Below, piece after piece: positions 44,290 through 64,000 of a stretch of DNA of 64,000 nucleotides. Numbering within the stretch: position 1 is the first letter of the stretch; each line of letters begins with the position of its first letter. Source of the DNA: Schmidtea polychroa (taxonomy: Eukaryota); the NCBI GenBank assembly GCA_044892525.1, contig CM097885.1:20028001-20092000 (forward strand), given 5' to 3'. A program made the position numbers and the translations under genes. A model generated the notes under the pieces. It worked only from the letters and a program-made list of their open reading frames with translations, ran no database searches and was not told the DNA's origin.

Positions 44290-45500
44290 ATCAAATTCTT
44301 ATTCATCTGTTTATATCTTCGTCAGCTTTCGTGGCAGATTACGCTGTTTGCAGTTTGACTTTAAATATGTTCATTTGCACTCGGAAATCGAGAACCATTC
44401 TAACTTTAGCTTTTTTTCTAGTTCAGCGGTCATTAAAGGAATGATACTATTCTTGTAGCTCCTGGACTTTTACAACCAATCTTTGTTAATGAGCTCTTCA
44501 ATTTCTTCTTCAACTTTGCTTCTTATCTGATTCCATAATTTTCAATCCATTCTTTCAAAACTGACTGTTTATTCTTCTATTTCCATGCTACTTTCTATTT
44601 ACTCCCGTTGAAAGAAACACAAAAATAAGGATCTTTAAAATAACATTCCAATTTTTGCCTACTGTCACACTACTCCATGAACTACCCTTGGGCCTCTTAC
44701 ATGTTATTAAAAGCGAGTCCTCTTCTGATTATATTCATTCAGCCAAGTTCCAGAATTATATCTGTTCCAAGAATAATGTCCACTCCTTGAACTATTTTAT
44801 CCAATATCAATTATATGACCTTATGCTTTGACTCTCCGATACCAATCACCACTATTGTCTCATCCTTGCATCGTATTAGCTGCCCATTATCAGCCTCAAT
44901 TTCGTGTCTTCCTAATGTTTTACTGCATAAATCAATTTTACAATTGTATGCGAGCACTCTGAGTCTATTGACGCATTAAATCTAGTTTTGGCAAACATCA
45001 ATTACTATACTCTATTTTCGCCATTTTAAAGGAGCTTTCGACACAAGTGATCCCTCCTTCCTATTTCCAAGTTGATTGATTTTATACCCTGTTCCTACGC
45101 AGTTTTAATATTTCCAATTGATTTTGTTCGGACAGAAATTAAATAAATGCTCCAACGATTGACATTTTAAACATCTTCTTACTTGTTTAATATTCTGCAA
45201 TTGGTTGCTTTACTCATGTATTCTTCTTCTTCTCGTCTAACTTCCCTGAAACAATATCAATACTTCTTTGTATATATCCTACAAAAACTCTGGTTTGACT
45301 TAGAATTTCTGCAATCAACATCGATTTACTTCTACTGTTGACTCTTAACTGATATAAAATATCATGCAGCAGTTCTATAATAAAGGTTTTTCTAATAACC
45401 TTTCAACACCGCATCTTCGTTAAATCCAGCAAAATTCGGTTAGGACAAATAACTATCCCTTGGTTTATTCTGCCATCTTTTTTCAATAAATATCTTATAC
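44290..45500 (-). mobile_element. Gypsy gag-protease remnant
   Basis: Zinc-knuckle-like CFKCQSLEHLFNFCP and protease C-terminal DIILGTD. Confidence 0.55.
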
Positions 45501-46471
45501 ACCTGGCATTTGTTCTTCACGAATAAAATTAATCGTTATACCCAGTCAATTGTCAAATAAATGGAATGCTGGGAATTAGGAGATTCGCCAGAAAAATTCT
45601 TCAGTCGGATGAAAAAATGATTGATGATAAACGAAATACTTTAAAAACAGCTAGCCAAAAAAAAGAAAGAGCTAGTTGGTCGAACCAAAATTTATAAACT
45701 AATTAAAGTGAATTAAGTGAATTAAAGTGAAGTGCAAAGAATTATAATTTAGCAGAATTAATCAATGTAAGCAAACGAATGATAAACCAAATTGATTATT
45801 GACTTATAGGGTTATACCCGTTGGGCATTTATCCAGGTGTTGTAACATTAAAGAAAGAGTTTGTACAATTTTAAAATAAAGGTTTTGTTGGGATCTGATT
45901 TTTACTTCTTTGATTACTGAACACGAAGAGTCGGATAGATAGATAGATTATTTTAGTTCCATCGACAAACATGTTAATATCTCAACAGATATATTATCAG
46001 TAATATAAATTACTTTTCTAAATATACATGATTGATTTCACTGGTAGATATTTCAGTGGATCACAAGATTTTTATGTCCAGAGTATGTTCACTCATATAA
46101 TGGTTTGAATTACAAGAGTAAGTTATTGGAGGTTTTAAAGAGTTAAACAAAGTTTTTCAACTTCGTATTATCCACAAATCAATAAATTGATCCATAGATT
46201 ATTTCAAAATACAAGGGTTTTCGGCGTCTTTAAAGAAAGACGATCTATTAATACTAATTTTTAATATTTATTAATTTTTATTTAATTTTACTCTTCATTT
46301 AATTTTTTTGGATTTACCTGTTTTGTATTTGAAATTTTGCATTTTAAAATTTTCGTGCATTTTTATGCAACCCCAACAATATAGTAAATAGGATATTCAT
46401 TTAATGAGATTTTGTTTGGATACCAACCTTAAATTAATACTCCTACTCAGTTATTGGTTGGTGATAATATT

Positions 46472-47409
46472 TGTAAAGTTAAAATTCTTACTCTGACTCC
46501 AAGCGGGTCATTGACTGACCCATAAATAACACTTGACAACAGAAATCTTTATTGATAATCATAAATAATTTTCACTTTAAACTGACAATCGATTCAACAC
46601 TCTGCTCGGTGACTATATAATGCATATTGCAACAATCATTGAGGAATAGCACTCGTGTACAACAGCGGATTGAAAGATCATCAACTACTGATTGGTTTAT
46701 CGACTGAGACTTTGAGATGGTGGTTTCCTTTGACCTTCATCGACAACTTTATTCAAATATTCAAATAACTTCTTTTCGTTTACTTCTCAACTAATTCTTT
46801 TCTGAAAATCTTCTCCGACAATTATTCTTCACAATTATTCCTCAACAATTATTCTTCAACAAATTGTTTTCCAATAAATTTTAGTCTGATATTTTGTCTA
46901 ATTTGTTGTCTCAGTTTTGTGTCTCATTTCACGGCCAACAGTTCCTCTTTATATAGCTCGTTACATTTGTGGCACTAGAGATAATCAAATGTCTGCCGCT
47001 TTTCTTTCTCCTGCATTTCCCGACTGCTCCCATTTAATCTCTGACAGATGTCGAGAAACGTTTTGCTTTTTCCAGTTTTCTTAGGCTGACTTTTCTCGGC
47101 AATTCCGATATCTCTGACAATCTGTCAAGATATTCCTTTTTCCTCTTCTTCTGTTTTTGAAATTTGAAATTCCTTTTCTCCTTTGTACTAATTAATTAAT
47201 AATGACCTTTGTTTTGCTCTCTTGTTTGGTTTCTTTTTCTCATTTTCCATTTCTTCTTACTTTTGTTTCCTTCTCCGAGTTCCCCTAAATCGTCCGGTTT
47301 GTCATGACGATTTTCCCATGTAATTTGATTATTTGTTATATTATGTCTATTTAGGTATCCTTAATACTCCTTTGGATGTTGATAACTTTCACATTGATTT
47401 GTTTTTACA
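46472..47409. mobile_element. Probable solo LTR
   Basis: TGTAAA...TTTACA termini and LTR-like composition. No clear TSD. Confidence 0.35.
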
Positions 47410-48117
47410 GTAGCAGAGATAAGATATGAAGGGGATCCATAAAAATAGGTTTAAAAATCTCATAGACAACCACGAGATTCAAAAAACGTCCTATGATAAA
47501 TCAAAAATATCAAGACGCCATTTTAATGTAGTATAGTCCTTTTCAAATCGAAGCTCTCATTAATTGATGTAAATGGATACTCAAAATAAAGTGAGAAGAT
47601 TGATTTAGAGAAATTACATTCAAGTAAAAAGCTCCTAATGACTCTGAAACAAGTGTACAAAAAAGAAAAGATATGACAAGAAACATTAATTTTGTTTATC
47701 AACGGTTTTTAAAAAGGAAGGGAGTGTCATATTTCAATGGTAGTTTCATCCATTTTAAAGTTGATATAACTTGATATTTTCATTTGAAACAAGTGTATCA
47801 ACAAGAAAATATGACAGGAAATGCCAAACTTGTTTACACTCGTTTGCAATGAATAAACGCATCTATGTTAAAAAATCAATATTATATCAACACAACCTTA
47901 CCTGTGTGTTTATTTTTAGCGTTGCAACGAAAATAACATAGAAAGTGAGTGGTAGAAAAAATAAACTGAAACACAACCACAACACATAGTAAAAAATACA
48001 TGCAAATTTTTTGTAATGAAACGCACTATAATAAATAATTTGCAGAAATATTTGGAAAAAATCACCGAAAAACTTTTTGATGAAAATTCCAAAAACTCAA
48101 CTTTGAGTTATATAGAT

Positions 48118-48545
48118 CAGCAGTTCTTAAACTTTTCTGTATTGCGACCCAAATTTTAAATGCCGTATTTTGGCGACCCACAACCTATATTTCTTTGACA
48201 AATAATCGTTATTCAAAAAAATATTTAAACCTCAAACACTAATAAAAAATAAAAATTAATAACATTTTGTAGTTATAACAATATGAAAATTAATAAAATA
48301 TAAAGATTAATAACCTTTTCTAGTTCTATTATTAAGTATTAAAAAAAATAAAAGATTAAAAAAAATTTAATGTGATGGGTGCGCTTGCATTTCAGTGCAA
48401 AGTAACGTTAATTGTGGCTCGATTTCCGAAAGCGCTGGTCTCAATACATTTTCAATATTGCGTAATTGATAACGATATTTTGATTTAATATATAATAAGA
48501 ATGAAAATGCATTTTCGCACAAATATGTGGTGGAAAATTACTATA
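48118..48545 (-). mobile_element. hAT Buster-type 3' end
   Basis: FSTTYLCENAFS..IKSKYR, with terminus CAGCAGTTCTTAAACTTTT..GCGACCC. Confidence 0.7.
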
Positions 48546-49520
48546 GATAATGAAGACATTTTAATAAATTTAATAGATTTTATTATTTCATATTGCCCTA
48601 AATTCAAGGAGATAAGAAGAGAAATTTATAAGGAAATTCGATTTAGTCAATAAGGCTCTGGAAAGTGAGCTGAAAAAGATGAATATCGAAATTTGGAAAA
48701 CTATTTTGTACACATTCACCGTTTTTCCCATAATGCAGTAAAAAATAGATATTTTTGGGGATTAATAAATTATTTTTCTCAATTAATTACTTTAAAAATA
48801 ATATAACTCACGACGCTGTATCGAAATAAATCCAAATTTTTATTAATAAATATCTAAATATCCTGTAAAAATAAATTATAAATAATTTATAATAAAAAAT
48901 GTTGATAAAAAGTAATATTTGAGATCTTGAAAAATGATTTCATATCTATTTGAATTAAAATTCAAGCTTTAAAGTTTACTTTAAATTAAAAAAAGTTACT
49001 TGAAAGGAATTTCTAAAAAGGCTAAAATAGCTAAACTAACAATTTAACTATTTCATCACAAATGGTGACGCATCTATAACTGGTTGTACGCATCAACCTA
49101 CATTATGTGTTTATTCATTGCAAACGGATATATCAATGGTTTTTACGAAGGGGTTGGGTGTAATATTTTAATGGTAATTAAAAAACGATTGAATATTTTA
49201 TTGATAGAGTTTGATATTGAGTTTATTTGATTATTAGATTTTGATTATATTTAAATTTACAAATATAACAGATAATTAATAATTAATTAATAGAAATTCA
49301 TCAAAAATTATATAATAAGTATTTAATTAATAGCCATTCACTGGTTTCAAAATCTCAACATATACATTGTGCATAAAATATTTTCAGTCAATACATCAAA
49401 TTTAAAAACATTCCGTAATTTCTTTTAGACATTTATAAAGTGAAATAAGTTTTATTGGCTGAGAATCCTTGAAATAATAAATACACATAATCAAATAGAG
49501 ATTTCTACAAGAGCAACAAC

Positions 49521-61183
<11,663 letters not shown>

Positions 61184-61413
61184 CTAAAATAAAATAATAG
61201 ATATAATATTCTTTTATAGAATATCACTAAAATTACAAAAAGTATATCTATTGAACTGCGTGTATAAGACTAAACATTTTACAATATCCAACAATAAAAT
61301 ATTTATGAAAAATTTCGGTATTTACATAAAAAGAAAGCCAATTTAAAATACTTTATATTATCTTCACCGGCGATCAATGAATATGGGATGCAAATCTTGC
61401 AAGGGCTAATTAA

Positions 61414-61625
61414 CCCCTTAACGCACATTTCTTTTATACAACGGCAAAAATAAATCTTTTTATTATTGATAATTAATATATAAACCTATGTCAATTTATT
61501 ATTATACTGCCGAGATATAAATATAAACAAAACTTTATATTTCGTATACTAGAGTCTCTCTCGGGCATGCACAAATTTTCCAGAAACACTTACCCGAGTT
61601 ACGCTTACGCATGTGCGTTAAGGGG
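61414..61625. mobile_element. piggyBac-type MITE
   Basis: TTAA|CCCCTTAACGCACAT ... ATGTGCGTTAAGGGG|TTAA. Confidence 0.85.
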
Positions 61626-62459
61626 TTAACCTACTTCCGACCGAGCTGAAACTTGGCGAATAAACTCGATGATAATATGTTTTACCAAGTTTTTGAGCCA
61701 CACTCACACATACTAACACACAAACACATCAAAGTTGTATTTACAGCACTAAAATTATAAATTTTAAAGCTTTTTGAATTTTGAAAAAAAATTATATCGA
61801 TTCGAAAGTGATTTGAAACCTTGAAATTTTGGATATAACGGATTTATATAAAAAATGTGTCTATGGTTTGATTTTTTTCATATACTTTATTTCATTTGGT
61901 GAACTTTAAATTTGTTAAATTTATTCATACAAATTTAAAATATATTTGAGAAATATATACATTATTAAATAAAATATCAAAGTGTTAGTTAAAAATTTCA
62001 AAATAATAATAAAAGTAAAATACAGTTTATAAATATAAACATATAATGAAAAAATTATAAAATATAGCACACTAAATTTTAAAATCCTTTTGTAAAAATA
62101 ACTACTTTTTAAAAAGTCAATTAAAGTTATTAAAATAAATAAATATATTTTAAAAATGTTAAATGATTGTTCAAACATGAATGTTGAAGCCTTTTCCGAT
62201 GAAAATTATATATTTAATCTATTTTAATTTGAGTAGTTTTATCATGGAATATATATTTAGGACAATTTATTACAAAAAAGCTTTAAATTAATCATTATAT
62301 AATAGAAATATAGTATTTTTATAATTATCTATACACTCATTACTTATTATTGAGATATAATATAGTTCAAATGAAAGAATGACGATTCATATAAATATGA
62401 TCTTTCAATAGAAATATCTAAATACATAATTTTCTATGTAACAACGTGTAGATGTAAAC

Positions 62460-62775
62460 CTATCCCGACTCTTACATCACAACTATAGCCAACTGTCCAT
62501 CCCTAACTCTCACACCCCTTGTCGACTGACACTAGTGCACTGACATTTCCTGACTCTCATATTACAGTTTTCGTCAACTATCGTTCAAATATCCCAACTT
62601 TCGTATCACAGATACTGACCAATTAAAATCCCTAACAGCCCTCGTCAATTTTCACTCGATCACTAGCATTTCCAGACTCTCAAATCACAGATTTCGTCAA
62701 ACCTCATTCAAATTCCCTGACTTTCGTATCACAAATATATCTAACTGACCAGTTGAAGTCGACTCTCATATTATG
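62460..62775. repeat. Degenerate internal tandem repeat (about 124-bp period)
   Basis: CATTTCC.GACTCTCA...TTTCGTCAA...CTTTCGTATCACA at about 62544 and 62668. Confidence 0.55.
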
Positions 62776-63477
62776 AAATTTTTTAAACTTTCATTATCTA
62801 ATAAATCATCTAATTCATTATAACAAAATAATAAACATTATGTATCTGATTACATAATTATGTATCCTATGTTATATATATTATGTAAAACCCGTGGTCA
62901 CAACACAATATGTGATTACATCACCATTCGCTGTCTTAGGTTTATGTAATACACACAGGGTCTAATGACATAGAAAGCTCATTGCATCCTACTACATTAT
63001 TAGTTATGTTTTTAAAAAGACCATTTTTGAGTAGAATTGTGTTTTGATTTATACACTGAGGACATAGAAATAACTAATTATATAAAAATGAAATTTAAAC
63101 ATGAAAAAGGCCGTCATTTTGACGGGTTATAGATAGCATTTCCATATTTAATACTGATCTTGTGATTGGAATTCAAAAAGTCCCATTTCAAAATTGATGA
63201 GATTAATTTTAAATAATTTCACTATTAATTTTGCAATGTTTAATTTTTAAAAACTTTAAGATTAAAAATCAAAGAAATTGATAAGTCTTTTAAAGTTGAT
63301 AAAAGCTTGCTGAAATTGTTCGAGTTGTATAATAATTATGAAAATACTATAGGAATAATGAGGATTAATAATTCTAGGAAAATTATTTTAGTGTAAATTA
63401 AATGAAAAATGAAATTATTCCCTATTTTAATCGTCATTGGTGTAAGAACATGAAACTAATTCGTAGAATATATTTAT

Positions 63478-63845
63478 TGAAAGCGACAACAAATTTACCG
63501 ATCATAGAAATATCTGCGCCAGCAGTCAAGGCTCTCATGCGACCTGATCTGTGGATTGTGCTAATATTGTTGATGAGTTCAGCTTTGGTCATACTGACTC
63601 CAGTATCGTACAATGTCAAATTATTGGAATCTTTTTTCTATAATAACTTTAATCATTAGATCCTTTTGGACATCCAAGACTGATGGATCAGTCAAGCTCT
63701 TGTAACAAACTTTATCAAGGGCATCAATGGCGTTGAAAATCAATTCTTTAAGGAATATATCTTTGTTTTAATATGTGTTGATGATTGAGATCATCAACCA
63801 AGAGATCTCAGCTTGGAAAGCTATGGTTTCAGCTTCACGAATGAT
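63478..63845 (-). pseudogene. HSP90: Hsp90 N-terminal ATPase-domain fragment, intronless and disrupted
   Basis: Reads EAETIAFQAEIS...[20 protein letters not shown]...SLTDPSVLD...[17 protein letters not shown]...[14 protein letters not shown], with an in-frame stop, a frameshift and a small deletion. Confidence 0.88.
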
Positions 63846-64000
63846 TGATATATTTTAATATATTTTTAATGAGAAATAACAGTGGCGATGTTCGAAAGAA
63901 GCATGCATGAATTAAGTGAATTTTTTTGAATACTTAAACAGTCATTTTAATTGAATTAATTCAATAGTGTATTTTAAATTTAATTATTAAATTAATATAT

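Overview
AT-rich, intron-rich eukaryotic DNA. Long (AAT)n and (TA)n tracts and a mix of tiny (37-60 nt) and multi-kb introns resemble a planarian or other flatworm genome; this is an inference. Three host genes lie on the minus strand. They are a complete GALK2-like galactokinase/GalNAc kinase (9 exons, 5486-16039), a complete CDKL1-like kinase (24285-42589, probably with an extra N/Q-rich 5' exon), and the last four exons of a Na+/Ca2+ exchanger (49521-61183), which continues beyond the window. Introns and intergenic DNA are packed with decayed mobile elements: Polinton/Maverick (protein-primed PolB, packaging ATPase), Penelope-like, Gypsy, hAT, Tigger/pogo, Tc1/mariner, Mutator and piggyBac-type MITEs. 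The most notable item is an intact-looking minimal type I hammerhead ribozyme at 4400-4441, preceded by a U1-snRNA-like 5' sequence and a GAAA hairpin. Also present are a second, decayed family of Penelope-type hammerheads, a signal-peptide plus Ig-domain gene nested in the last CDKL intron, an Hsp90 fragment in an NCX intron, and an NCX exon flanked by inverted arrays of about 81-bp repeats. All calls come from manual reading; no database search was run.
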